This document shows, one piece after another, positions 49,601 to 60,600 of a DNA stretch of 64,000 bases. The notes under the pieces were generated by a model. That model did no database searches. It saw nothing but the letters and a program-made list of their open reading frames with translations, and was not told where the DNA came from. Position 1 is the stretch's first letter; each line of letters starts with the position of its first letter. Source of the stretch: Aplysia californica (Eukaryota); the NCBI RefSeq assembly GCF_000002075.1, contig NW_004797932.1:9168-73167 (forward strand). Reading direction: 5' to 3'. The position numbers and the translations under genes are program-made.

Positions 49601-52600
49601 GCACATTTCATTGGTTCCAACATGCTCTGGTTCAAAGGAGAAAGCAGACACACAATCTCATCAGTTTGATTCCCCACTCGGTAGAGTTGGGTCGCAAGCG
49701 CGAGAATGGAACTGAATCGCCACTCTTCCCTGCGGAACGCCATTCGCGATTCACTTCAGCGGAACGCGGAACAGTATCGCCTTCAGATTCCCGATTCCCT
49801 CCCCTGTCGCTGTCACCACCTTGTGGCTTGTTTGTAACCCACTGCTGGGTCACGAGTCGAGTCACGAGCACAAGAACGGAACGAAACAATTAGTATGGCT
49901 CCCCTNNNNNNNNNNNNNNNNNNNNNNNNNNNNNNNNNNNNNNNNNNNNNNNNNNNNNNNNNNNNNNNNNNNNNNNNNNNNNNNNNNNNNNNNNNNNNNN
50001 NNNNNNNNNNNNNNNNNNNNNNNNNNNNNNNNNNNNNNNNNNNNNNNNNNNNNNNNNNNNNNNNNNNNNNNNNNNNNNNNNNNNNNNNNNNNNNNNNNNN
50101 NNNNNNNNNNNNNNNNNNNNNNNNNNNNNNNNNNNNNNNNNNNNNNNNNNNNNNNNNNNNNNNNNNNNNNNNNNNNNNNNNNNNNNNNNNNNNNNNNNNN
50201 NNNNNNNNNNNNNNNNNNNNNNNNNNNNNNNNNNNNNNNNNNNNNNNNNNNNNNNNNNNNNNNNNNNNNNNNACTATAATCCAAGAAAAATCACACAAAA
50301 TGAGGGAGAAAACATTCAACAATACCATATTTACATCAAGTTAGGTTTGCAAGTAGACTTCCCACAATTTACTTGTCCACATTTACCAGTGAAAGGAGAT
50401 GGCAGTTGAACATAAAAATGTGCAAGTTGTTCCCCACAGTGACATCACATTAATGATGGATCTGACACAGGTGGATTTTCATTTCAGGATGCTTCTGATT
50501 AAAATCATCAAAATCTTTGATGAGACCTCGAATGCACTTTACAATATAACAGAGTGATTTACATTACAGGAATATCAGGGTCAAGCAATAAAATAAATGA
50601 AAAGTTTGTTTTAACATCCAATGGGTCCTTAATACAGCAGTGGTATGAACTGAAGTTGTGCCCTGAGCATTGACAGGGCTCGGCCCATATTATACAGCAG
50701 TGGTATGAACTGAAGTTATACAGCAGTGGTATGAACTGAAGTTATACAGCAGTGGTATGAACTGAAGTTATACAGCAGTGGTATGAACTGAAGTTGTGCC
50801 CTGAGCATTGACAGGGCTCGGCCCATACCTTTTCAACAAGTAATTTAAAAAGACACATTTTTCACAATACCTTCATATTCAAAAGAAGGGAAACAAACCA
50901 AATTTGCTAGTTTTCCATTCACATTCACGGGTTATTGAGAATCAAGGAAAGGCTTTTTATACAATAAAATATAAAGTTACTGCCAGCAGCTTTATCCAAT
51001 AAAACAAAGTTACTGCCAACAGCTTTATCCAATAAAACAAAGTTACTGCCAACAGCTTCTATAAAGAGCATTGCTTTTACAAACAAGCGAGCTATAAAAG
51101 CTTTTTTCTGTAAACATGATTTTCATTCAAACTGTGTTTATCCCTGATTAAAAAAAAAAATCCTCCATTCCATGAATGAATCATGTGCATTGACTTGTAC
51201 ACGCTAAACTCGGTTACAAAAGCAATCATCATTGATCATTATGTGACACCATTCTGCTAAGTGATAACCTATATATAATGGACAGACAATTAACAAGACG
51301 TACTTTCCCATTAGCCTCTCTGGTCTACAAAACAACAATCATTTGCCGGCAGTAGCTATAAAATGGCAAATAAACCAGGGAAATGTTCATGACAAATAAA
51401 CAGGACCATGAACTATGTGTGAAAAAAAATTGTCATGTGGCTTTGTAAAAATACAGACACATATTTATTTTTAGATGACATGTAGCCTACTAAAGCAAAT
51501 AACTAACATGGAGCAACTTTACCTAGAGTAAAAGCACCAGGATGATTGCGTAATACTACCAAAAAACTACATCCTGAAACTTGCTCTCTTTGAAGTAAGG
51601 CAACAAGTCAATAAATCTGACCAATAGACATTTCAGTCTTACTTTCCCACTTCATTCCAATGGCTGTTCCTGGCACAGATCACGTTGACATAATCCTGCT
51701 TCGTCAACGTGTTGATGACTGTCTTGGCCACGGCTTTCGCTATGGAAAACTTCTCACCTTTCATAGACAGACTGTACAAGACAAATTCAGAAAGTAAATG
51801 CAATTTTACAGACGTGTATATATATGCATGATATTGGTTCTGTCTACAAAATGACAGAACATTGCCTTTCACTGCGTCAAAATTGACGCAAGTTTGACGC
51901 AAGTTAAAGTTATGTTTAACTCTTTATCTCCTGCAAGCCGCTCCCAGCGGCTCGCGGTCAGATACTCTGTGCCTGTGAGCCGCTGACAGCGGCTAGGGCA
52001 GATTCTTTTACAACTACTTCGACATCAAAATGCTTTCCAGCAATTGCCAAAAACAGGTCTCTTTCACCGAAAGTTCATTCATTTGATGAACTATCTATAT
52101 AGGTTCACTTGTTTTTATTTAAATGACCCATTTGGTGACGATTTTGTCATTTTTAGATTTAGTACCAAAGAAAGGGCCCGGCACAGTGGGTTCACCCCTC
52201 CCCCCCTCCCCACAGAGGTAAAGAGTTAAATATTATCAATGTCAATGTATTCAAAATGATTCAGTAATGGAATTGCAAATTGGCAATTGATACAGAAAGT
52301 AAGCCAAAAAATACCACACATCTGGCATGCCTCAGTGATTAAGCAGTGATATAAGCTCTTGGAGTCAGAGTAACAGTTTTTTTACCACTCCATTTTCACA
52401 TTGATTCCTGTATTAGCACCAGCATTATAACTGGGGCCTACATCAGACTGAGTGACAGACCTGCCACATCGAGAAATCTTATCATACAGAATCTCAATTC
52501 GATCTATCTTTGCACACCTGGGCAGATTGTTTAAACAGATCTCCAAAAAGTTAACAGGTTTCCAGCCTCAGCAACGTAGTCATGACAGCAGTGTTGTATG

Positions 52601-55600
52601 AGAAAATAAGCTTCTGTCATATATGAAAAGTAGGATCAAAGTTGTTGGGTCGAATTTCAGAGGCTCCATTGCTTTAACAAGACACATAGGATACATTAGA
52701 TTATAGAGAATTAATTTGCGTTTTAAAAAGGTACCTGCATAAAGACTGCATGAATTAAATTGTCGTGCATTAATTTCAAACAAAAATCCATACCTGCAAT
52801 CAAGGATGATAATGACATCCTTTGGGCCGCTGGTGGCCTGAATGTACCAGGGCCTGACCCGAGGATCGTAATCGTCGTAGAACCCGGCAAAGTTGGTGGA
52901 CCATTCACGGCCTGGGTACAACCTGGTTACTCCCGTTGTAGAACCAAAATACTGCCACCTGCAAGGGGACATGGGCGTGATTGTCAAAGTATGGCTTTTC
53001 TTATTATTTCGATTATCTATCAAACAAAAGATTCCTGAAGTTGCCTTCGTTTAATGACCAGATACCAATATGCAGTCGAAACTCTCTAAGACAACCATCC
53101 ATTGTCCATGAGAAAAGTGGTTGTCTTCGAGAGATGAACATCTTGGACAGAGCCAAAATGATTTTTTTTTTTTCCATTTTTTTACGTGAAGGGGGGCTGA
53201 GGAAAATTGTCATTTGTACAGGTGATTGTATTGGACAGGGCAGCTTCAACCATATTTTTATTTCCTTTCCAAAAAGAAATAATATGTTCTGAAAAATATG
53301 AAAGCACCATAAAATTGTTTTTTAACGCCCCCCCCCACCCTAGAAACAATGTAAGGCTTTTCAAAAACAGAAAATTCAGTAACAGATGATTTAGATACAC
53401 AGTGTGTGAATGGTTGACCAGTGCTCTAGTGTGGTTTGCTCTTTTTCACCTATAAAGCATCTAGACCGTCCTTATCTCTCCTTCAATTCTTTATGTTATG
53501 GTACTTTCTGGTAACACCTCTTATCTTCAGCACTTATATGATCTTATTTGTGTTGCAAGTGCTGGTTGCTTTTACTTGTATATTCTGGATGGTAACACTC
53601 TTACTCAAATTTAACTGATACAGAAGGAGACATATATGAGAAGGTGGGTGGTTGGCGGGTGCTCTGGTGTGGTTTGCTTCTTCTTTCCTATCAAACATCT
53701 ATCGTCCTTATCTCCCCTTCATCTTTTTTATGTTTGTTACTCTCTTGTAACAGCTCTAATCTTCTGGCGCTCATATGACCTTATGCAGTTGCAAGCGCCG
53801 AAAAACCCCTACTAAAACTAAACTAAACTAATATATGAGAAGAGGCAATGCAGTGCAGAAACAAAGTACTTTCCCCGCTTTGATTGAGAACCAAAAAGTA
53901 TACAGGCGTAAGAGTATATTGCTAATTTATTATAAATCAGAGTGGTTGTGCATTTATAAAGCCTCTTTCGAAACATCGTTAAGCTGTTTCAGAGGCAGCT
54001 GCTACATTAACATTTCCACATCTGTCTGCACCAAACTTAAGCCAGCAGCAGAGAACTATTCAAATTCCCCAAGGAAAAAAAGAAAAAAAATTTCTCCAGC
54101 ATTCAGACACTAGGACCACGAAGACAACAAAGCAAGTGACATAACCATTACCTCCATGCTGAACCCTAAAGCCAGTGCATTAAGTATCCAGAATGTTGTT
54201 GTTAGCGATCCAGTAGCATCTGAGCGTAAACTCTTCTGCATGATGCCATTCGGTAATAGTTTCATGTTTGTTTTAATTGTTTTCTTGAGGAGTAGAGGCA
54301 ATTAGATGTGTGGGGTAGCTTGGGAAGAAAACATCCCCTTAAATCAGTTAGTTTTCTACAGAAGAACAGATGATGTTCCACTGTCTAAGTATCCAGAATA
54401 AACAGGTCGAAAACATAACTAGGGAAGGTCAATTTATAACTCTGACAACCATATATACGTTTCAGTTTTAAAATTATGGAAAGTGATAGAAGAGCTTAGA
54501 AAAGCACAAACAGGTCAACTCATTCTGCAAGTATTATCAAATAACATACATTGATCCCCACACACATTTACCATTATCCAACCACAACATTTAGATTTAC
54601 TGCTTTTCAACTTCATATTGTAAGCAAGTACTATCAAATTTTGAAAAGCCACACAGACATTCAGTAACATTACCACAATCTTGTTACAATATCCAGATGT
54701 TTTTGCTTCTCATGTCACACTCTGTTGAATGACTCACCACCCCATGACAGTGACTTGTCATTCGCATAAAGAAGAACCTTTCGTTTTTCGTATTACGTAT
54801 CAATCTGCAGCATGACTCATCTTACCTTAAAAGTGGGTCTTCATTTGCATTCTGAATAAACGTATCCTCCAACTTCTGTGTCAACAAAACAACGTCGATG
54901 ACGTGTGGGTCATCTCTTGGTACCTCATCTGCAATTTTGATTGTTGAGTTCAGGGTACTCACATTCTGACGAAAGTAGCTGGGTGAGAAAGACAAAATAG
55001 AGTCATAAACAACATGTTCATGAATACAGTCAGAGATAAAAAGTTGCAGAATGATGTGTACTAAAAAACATCAAATGAAAGAATGAATGAGCACTTGAAA
55101 AACTGAATGAAGAAATAAAACAATGAACTCACAATTGAAAGTTTTGAATACTTACGGGCTGAAAACAAGATCCTTCGGCAGTTTATCAGGTATATCCGAG
55201 TCATAGTAGGTATCAGGCGGAAGATCGTTCAAAGTTTCTGCTTTCGTGCTCACATTTTTGTCGTAATATTCATCATACACTTCTCGAACCTTTCCAGCCA
55301 GCCTCTGCAAGACGGGGGAAAAGAAAGTGATGTTTTTACCTTTATACAATGTTTTCGCAATTGCCTCTAGTTGGTTCTTCTTCGTTTGATATGACCACAT
55401 CAATTTTTCAAACTTTATTTCATATTACCACTTGGTGGGTGGAATGAGGTGCTGCTAAGAAAGAAACTGTAATATTTCAATTCTTCATAACAATAAATGT
55501 CTGATCCTTGGTTCGGGTAGAGGATGTAACAAAAGGAGAGTACATTCCTTGATTTCTACATCAGCTCTTGGGAATTTGCATTATCTAAACCTCAAAACAA

Positions 55601-57650
55601 TCTTTATTTTCATTATGGACACTCGAAACATGTTCTTTATATAAAAATACACACTTACTACTACATAAAGGCCACGACATAAATCAAGTTTTAAAACAAA
55701 CCCAAAAACTAACCTGAGCTGCTCTTTTCTTCTTTTCAAAATAGTCTCCCAAGGTATCCTTCACAAGCTGCACAAGGTCCCCGCCGTCCTTTTTCTCCGA
55801 GATGTAATTGGCTTGGTCCAAAAAGCTCTGAGTGAAGTCCCTTTTTATACCATCATTTGCAAGCTTCAAAACAAAAGGAGCAAACAAACAAAAATTTTAA
55901 TAAACAGGTAAAAAAAAACCATTATAATTATCTCGATCTTATTAAACCTAGGTATGCATGTTTAAAAACTTAATAAACAATCTTTTTTTAAAGTAAAGAT
56001 TGAAAAAGAAAGATTTCAAAGCCTATATATATGCATGGAAATCCAAATAAGAAGATGGCAAAGAATATCATAAACCCTTTGCAGTAACACAGCCAGCAGT
56101 ACAAAATACCCCCACCCAGTCAGGAGAGTGACTGCAACCAACTTCTCGGGCCTAACACATAAGTGTGCCAGGTGACCAGAACAAATCATTTTCACCGTCA
56201 CATTATTGTCCCAAGTGACCGCAAAGTGTTAAATACTGTGGAGTCTGCCTAAATCAAAATTAGCCGGACTACTGGTTTTTTTTGGTTCAATCATGTTTTC
56301 AGTTTAGAGAGGTTGCTCAAAAAAACGATGACTGTCGACAGCGTAGAGTTGGGAACGCCATGCTTGCAGCAACTTCACATTATGAAAGTTGTTTGTTTTT
56401 TTCTCACCTGGGTCGACCTCTTTTAGTAACTGCAATTTGAGCTTCAAAATAGTCACACACAACAGACCAAATAAAGAGTTGATTAGCACACTGTACTGTG
56501 CTCTGCACTCGTCCAGAGAAGTGAGAAAGCTCAACAACACTCACATTTGGTCATGTGCTCATATGTAGGGCTTTTGTGAACTAACTTCGCAGAGACAATA
56601 GGAATGCCCAACTGAAAGTTGCACAGCAGACATAAATTCACTCTCCTTGTTTCATTCGGCCTATGGAAGGCCTATTGATGTTGATAAACTGGTAAACAGT
56701 ACCCTGGTAATGTCTATCTCTGGCCTTCAATCGACACACCTGTGTTCTCGTGTCTCTTTCTCCTGTTTCGCTATCTTGAAACGTGTAAGACTTGATGATT
56801 TGCTTTATATTTGAGAGCTGCTAATGAAGATTTAATTGGTCTGATACACAACCTCCCAAATTCTTTATGGATTAGAAATGGGTACATTTCAGCTAGACTT
56901 AAAGTTTTCTCAGAGAAAAAGAAGACAAAACAATCGGGGATTTTATATTATACCAGAATCAGATTCCCGCTGTTTTCGGAGTAACCATTTTCAGTTAAAG
57001 CGGACTCCAGTGTTTTATCCTCAAAAGTAAAAATTCTAAGCCGATCAACACATCATTGGACATTATAAGCAAAAAGTAATACGTAATTCAACCAATAAAG
57101 AGAAGAAAAATTATATGTAGCATGAAGACTTGAGTAAAGATGGAAGAAGCTGCTGTTTGCCCGCTTCTCACCACCTCCCCTTTACCCCTGTAACAACAGC
57201 AGGGATGCTCATGTGGCACTTCTCTATTCTATATGTTGTCTGAGATGCTTTCGCGACTCTCTTTCCACTATAATAACGATTCATTATAAGTTCCAAGTTA
57301 AGGCAAGAAAGAAGACAGAAACAAAAAAGAGAGAGAGAAAAGAAGTAGGACCTACCGGTGGCACCTCCGACCACCCCTACAATTAGAGAAAGACGGTTTA
57401 GCACCAATGGAAACACCCTTGGTTGCATTTTCTCTTGCCCCAGGATCCATTATGAAAGAGTAAAATAGACCTAAGTTTACAGTAAAGTCAGCGGTACATC
57501 CACACACACCTGAATGATATAGTTCTGAATGAGCATCGCCCAGTTCTGGACATCTCCAGCCAGTGTTCCGATCTCATGCTGCTCCTCACCCGGATATGAC
57601 CAAGTGGCACTCAAGGAGCAAGAAAATACAGCTAGTGGTAGAAGATACAT
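25471..57650 (-). CDS. VWA and Cache domain-containing protein (alpha2delta/CACHD1-like family); 22 coding exons, about 1162 aa
   Basis: Exons 57510-57650, 55714-55863, 55156-55304, 54826-54978, 52794-52958, 51643-51771, 49097-49225, 48106-48227, 47401-47504, 46412-46665, 45003-45147, 44274-44423, 41572-41640, 40764-40956, 39660-39804, 39105-39260, 37679-37890, 33137-33341, 31317-31527, 29534-29672, 27783-27945, 25471-25675. All phases join (3489 nt). Family motifs present: WQYFGSTTGVTRLYPG, YDPRVRPWYIQATSGPKDVIIILDCSLSM, FATDG, WTAPYLD, GVVGID, FLINSNADVIFHP, LPQTNLYLLVI. A small missed exon cannot be excluded. Confidence 0.92.
25683..25912. repeat. 30/60-bp minisatellite abutting the last acceptor
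   Basis: cagccgtcacttcacacac units. Confidence 0.9.
26351..26932. mobile_element. hAT-type MITE
   Basis: TIR tagggctgg / ccagcccta; 8-bp TSD actgacac/actgacgc; inverted partial copy at 49682-49905. Confidence 0.85.
27343..27830. repeat. ~62-bp degenerate minisatellite derived from the exon 21 end and donor
   Basis: Repeats of tacct....gtaattttaca.tggaa.ttgta....tttataaacaa. Confidence 0.85.
27783..27945 (-). CDS. VWA/Cache gene coding exon 21
   Basis: ITGNVSGPC...YYVTALPQTNLYLLVIE. Confidence 0.9.
28630..28960 (+). mobile_element. 5'-truncated LINE 3' end (I/Nimb-like)
   Basis: TIFRLRTEH...CPLC...ETVEHHLFHC...LLDR*, (AAC)n tail, 12-bp TSD accaaaatacaa. Confidence 0.88.
29534..29672 (-). 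CDS. VWA/Cache gene coding exon 20
   Basis: LTLEGQPQ...FGCIQDVVSF|gtatg. Confidence 0.86.
31317..31527 (-). CDS. VWA/Cache gene coding exon 19
   Basis: CYLFDTAAFLVMDPDF...DFQGSC|gttag. Confidence 0.92.
33137..33341 (-). CDS. VWA/Cache gene coding exon 18
   Basis: KCYLSKGPG...VEAVTGLDI...CPNGEPGCET. Confidence 0.87.
35345..35556 (-). CDS. Duplicate of coding exon 17 (copy A)
   Basis: Identical to 37679-37890. Confidence 0.7.
35571..36487. repeat. ~43-49-bp minisatellite array (duplicate at 37905-38780)
   Basis: tatcaaacatggtaactaattaacactttgtata...gtcag units, with gradual unit drift along the array. Confidence 0.95.
36812..36967 (-). CDS. Duplicate of coding exon 16 (copy A)
   Basis: Identical to 39105-39260. 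Confidence 0.7.
37679..37890 (-). CDS. VWA/Cache gene coding exon 17 (copy B)
   Basis: RPWYKR...STPYMDSAGVGKINTISQAV. Confidence 0.9.
39105..39260 (-). CDS. VWA/Cache gene coding exon 16 (copy B)
   Basis: ADVLITQPIEKIW...GVFRTYPG...YDPTK. Confidence 0.9.
39660..39804 (-). CDS. VWA/Cache gene coding exon 15
   Basis: APQSHCDPIKY...FNKGVR|gtaag. Confidence 0.87.
39889..40332. mobile_element. MITE family M1 copy
   Basis: TIR cgtggtggaatcaggcactcgtca / tgacgagtgcctgatttcacca. Confidence 0.85.
40764..40956 (-). CDS. VWA/Cache gene coding exon 14
   Basis: EFRRSQEPRD...YKYSTIFL|gtaagt. Confidence 0.87.
41572..41640 (-). CDS. VWA/Cache gene coding exon 13
   Basis: TYYYGSILDKDYSFAFSLASEDM|gtaagt. 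Confidence 0.85.
42850..43168 (-). pseudogene. Frameshifted RAG1-N-terminal/Chapaev-like zinc-binding domain
   Basis: MEPTPESHVSALNS/LFRVYG...LFLVFGWNIKDDSSDKHSKFMCLKCY.../IWCAY...TVC resembles the RAG1 pattern LCRICG...VFRIDV..D....HP..FC.NC...W.PH...C.IC. Confidence 0.6.
43569..43774 (+). mobile_element. 5'-truncated LINE 3' end (same family as 28630)
   Basis: Sequence match; TSD atcgaSaacaca. Confidence 0.87.
44274..44423 (-). CDS. VWA/Cache gene coding exon 12
   Basis: LLEDPIYIPISGLE...EEMLHGETG|gtaag. Confidence 0.88.
45003..45147 (-). CDS. VWA/Cache gene coding exon 11 (Cache)
   Basis: YIGVVGIDATL...YSFLINSNADVIFHPKL. Confidence 0.94.
45600..45822 (+). mobile_element. S1 copy carrying the acceptor and first 35 nt of exon 19
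   Basis: 45704-45822 is the reverse complement of 31493-31619. Confidence 0.85.
45802..46132. repeat. 52-bp minisatellite, about 6 copies
   Basis: acacacagcgtttctagWgaaacRattacttactaaaacgtactaaagcaag. Confidence 0.95.
46412..46665 (-). CDS. VWA/Cache gene coding exon 10
   Basis: ARIFSYL...LACDHNG...WTAPYLDSWGLGLMITHAVPV. Confidence 0.94.
47401..47504 (-). CDS. VWA/Cache gene coding exon 9
   Basis: YYTRSGYVPGPICKYNF...YLAPN|gtaagt; phases fit. Confidence 0.85.
47527..47685. repeat. Two-copy ~78-bp duplication next to the exon 9 acceptor
   Basis: cagtagggtcattgtca...ctataaaacacctctttgggcaagcatacgaagattcc occurs twice. Confidence 0.85.
47716..48056 (-). mobile_element. Full-length tRNA-derived SINE with an L2-like tail
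   Basis: A/B boxes, CORE-like body, tail ...tgcgctatacaaatgc(tat)n; related tails near 13140, 41738 and 45345. Confidence 0.8.
48106..48227 (-). CDS. VWA/Cache gene coding exon 8 (VWA)
   Basis: KGYDLAFDLL...GCQSIIVFATDG. Confidence 0.93.
48309..48493 (+). mobile_element. S1 retroposon (subfamily A)
   Basis: TSD aagaatYccagag. Confidence 0.88.
49097..49225 (-). CDS. VWA/Cache gene coding exon 7 (VWA)
   Basis: WHYYDTRVLSCQEERMVKATNAHRK...AGGTTELE|gtgagt. Confidence 0.9.
49247..49560. repeat. 65-bp minisatellite, about 5 copies, abutting the exon 7 acceptor
   Basis: agttcatcaatacgctctggtttaaaagagtcacatcagacccacagtctcattcctttgacact. Confidence 0.95.
50632..50827. repeat. Complex 26-bp/60-bp tandem repeat
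   Basis: atacagcagtggtatgaactgaagtt units. Confidence 0.9.
51643..51771 (-). CDS. VWA/Cache gene coding exon 6 (VWA)
   Basis: SLSMKGEKFSIAKAVAKTVINTLTKQDYVNVI. Confidence 0.93.
51920..52225. mobile_element. TTAA MITE (piggyBac-like)
   Basis: TTAA|ctcttta...taaagag|TTAA. Confidence 0.65.
52794..52958 (-). CDS. VWA/Cache gene coding exon 5
   Basis: WQYFGSTTGVTRLYPG...YDPRVRPWY...KDVIIILDC. Confidence 0.95.
53644..53830 (+). mobile_element. S1 retroposon (subfamily B); an older copy lies at ~53411-53615
   Basis: 12-bp TSD atatatgagaag. Confidence 0.9.
54826..54978 (-). CDS. VWA/Cache gene coding exon 4 (VWA_N region)
   Basis: YFRQNVSTLNSTIKIADEVP...LEDTFIQNANEDPLLR|gtaag. Confidence 0.9.
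55156..55304 (-). CDS. VWA/Cache gene coding exon 3
   Basis: RLAGKVREVY...KDLVFSP|gtaag. Confidence 0.88.
55714..55863 (-). CDS. VWA/Cache gene coding exon 2
   Basis: LANDGIKRDF...YFEKKKRAAQ|gttag. Confidence 0.85.
57510..57650 (-). CDS. VWA/Cache gene coding exon 1 (signal peptide)
   Basis: MYLLPLAVFSCSLSATWS-YPGEEQ...VQNWAMLIQNYIIQ|gtgtgt; an acceptor at 57778 implies an upstream UTR exon. Confidence 0.75.
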
Positions 57651-60600
57651 CTCAAACTTCGTTTTGTTTCATTCAGAGTTCACCTCACAAGTCCCATGTC
57701 TGAATTAAGTCTACGGGAGCTTGTTGAAGAACAGTGTGAGCAGCTTCATTCACACGTTTAAAATCTGTTCTTGACCACTGAAAAGAAATTAAATAATTAT
57801 CATATTTAGTATAGAGGTTGTTTTTAAAATAAACAACAAATTTTCACCAAGCAAAAAAATGCAGCATTTTATTTTTTCTTTAAGCCACTCTAGATCTAGA
57901 TCTAGAGTCTTACCCTTAGGTGTATGATTAAACCCCCCTATGTGACCTATAATTCATAAATACAATTTGTCATTTTTTCTTACACGCTGAAGAAACCAAG
58001 ACGCTGCTGCGATGTACGCCTTTGTCATGCCTTGCGAAGCACGAGGACCATGATGATGAATGCTGTTCGTCATAGATTGTATTCTTTGAATTCATCCTGC
58101 TTCTATTAAATTACGCATTTCGTAAAACTCGTCGCAGATTCACTATCAGCGAAAGGCTAAATTTCCCATGCAAAGAAATCTTTTCCTTTTTAAGACACAG
58201 TAGTTCTAGCACTATTCTTTGTCTTCGGGGATTCAAAACTGTGTCCGGTGAAGCACAAACGAAACTGACCCTGGGCCTGTGTCACAAAAAGGGGTTAATT
58301 GGACTTTAATTAGACGATTAGTTGACGGTACGGTAGTCCAATAGAAGCTGACATCCACACACTATTTCTAGATCTAGAGAAGTTATGGCATAGCATAATT
58401 TTATTTTCTTAAGTTCTCATAAATCTTGAGAACAATGCATTATTTCGTTTGCTTTCAAGTTAAAGTTAAGTGGACCAGTGTGTGAAACAAAAAATTCCTC
58501 TGCACTACTAAACAGCTGATGACAGGCAGAAGATCATGCAAACCCTCATCCAGCAGTCTGCAGTCATTCTTTCTGGACAGTTTCCTCATGAGAGCAAAAA
58601 ACGCAAATTTGCATCCTTTTGTAAGGAAAAGACAATGACATTCTCAATTTTATTTAGAATCAGCCAAAATTACATCAGACTGTTAAAATGAATCATTTTT
58701 TATGCCCATGTCCAAGGCCCAGTCTTTTCTTTTTCTGTTCTGAGGGAAAAGGGGAATAACAAACAGAAATGTCATGCTCTATAAAAAGGTGAATGAGAAC
58801 GTAATGACATTGCCAATATTTCTTGATATACCCCTTGAACTATTGAAAACATGTCATCCATAACAATTACAAATTCACAATCAATAAATCACAGAAACAT
58901 ACCAATGTCTAGACTCTAGTTCGACTTGGTTGATTCAGCGCTGAGCGCCATAACAGTATCGCAGACGACAGTAGTAGTTGGAACTGCCGACTTCACAATA
59001 ATTATTTTACAATGTTCGATACTGCAGAGGGAAAAATATTATGGAAATTGGTTAGTTCCAGCACGTGTAGTAGAAAAATTTCACAGCAGTCAGAAAACTA
59101 GCACATTTAATCTGTTATGGGCCCTTTTTCGATTTGCAAGAGTGATTGAGAAGAATACTCAATTTTGATAAGCCTATTGTTACAGATCTGGTTTTCCGAG
59201 AATGCTGAGCTCGACTACCATATTATTACAGTTTATTTATAAACCCTGTCTTCTATTTGTAATTGAAGGCAAATAGAGGCTATCGATTCGACAATTTACT
59301 GCCAATAACTACCTTCCTGAATCAATACAACGGTACTGAAGCGTTTATTCGTCGGAGACTGGTGCAATAAAGAATTATAATGATGTGCGTAAAGACAAAG
59401 AAAGATAATTAATTGTGATGGATTGATATTTGCTTACATGCTACTCTATCTGTTTAGTTGTATAAGATCTTTGGTATAGGCAAGAAGCAGATCTAGATCT
59501 AGGAGGATCGAACATGTTTCCGCATGAAAGGGGATATCTTTGACTCAATGATGTATTTTTTACCTCGATCCTAGTCCAGACAGAAAGCTTACATGGAGAG
59601 CGCGCTATAATTGTTGGTGAGCTCTACCCCGACCGGGATTAGGATCATGGGTGAGGTGAATGAGAGGAACACAATAAGGTTATACAGTAACGCAATATCC
59701 TAGAAAGAAAGATAGGGATTCTGACGACACCCCCGGAACTTTACGAAATCCCCCATTTTCACAAGCTATTATAAAATTCCTGCAATGGTACGTTAAAGAA
59801 CACACAGTATATATGTATATTAGGCCTATATCAGCGCACTGCTTTCCAGCTTGGGCAATATCACCCACTCGTGGGGAATTTGGTAAGTTAGGTGAGTGGG
59901 GGAGACCATAGTACGGGTAGTGACATATTTTAACCGCTTCGAAACACAACGACATGCAAGTGGGCGGGATGAAAATAGTTAGCCTCATACAGACGGCAAA
60001 AAGTGGGCTGCTCTGGCTATAAAAAGGTTGACGAGCACGCAGCTAAACGGATCCTCATTTATGCTAATGAATTTCAAATGGCATCAGCCACGAAAACACA
60101 ATGAAATTAGACCAAAATCTCGAGCTTAACCGATATACATGTTTAATGAAGCAACATCTGTTGTGATCATGTGTTATGGAATTAAAGTAAAAAGACACAT
60201 TGCAGACGGTGACAGATGTCCTCAATTATCTTAAAGTCAGCATATTATCAGTAGCTTTAGCCGAGGGTAGCTAATGTGCAAACATAATATCCATACGACG
60301 TGGGGAACTCTGTGCCACCACTTTACATAGAGGGAATTTACTCAATCCGATCCGCACGCTTCGCATTGCAGTCTGTCAACAACAACAAAAGGGGGGGGGG
60401 GGGGAANNNNNNNNNNNNNNNNNNNNNNNNNNNNNNNNNNNNNNNNNNNNNNNNNNNNNNNNNNNNNNNNNNNNNNNNNNNNNNNNNNNNNNNNNNNNNN
60501 NNNNNNNNNNNNNNNNNNNNNNNNNNNNNNNNNNNNNNNNNNNNNNNNNNNNNNNNNNNNNNNNNNNNNNNNNNNNNNNNNNNNNNNNNNNNNNNNNNNN

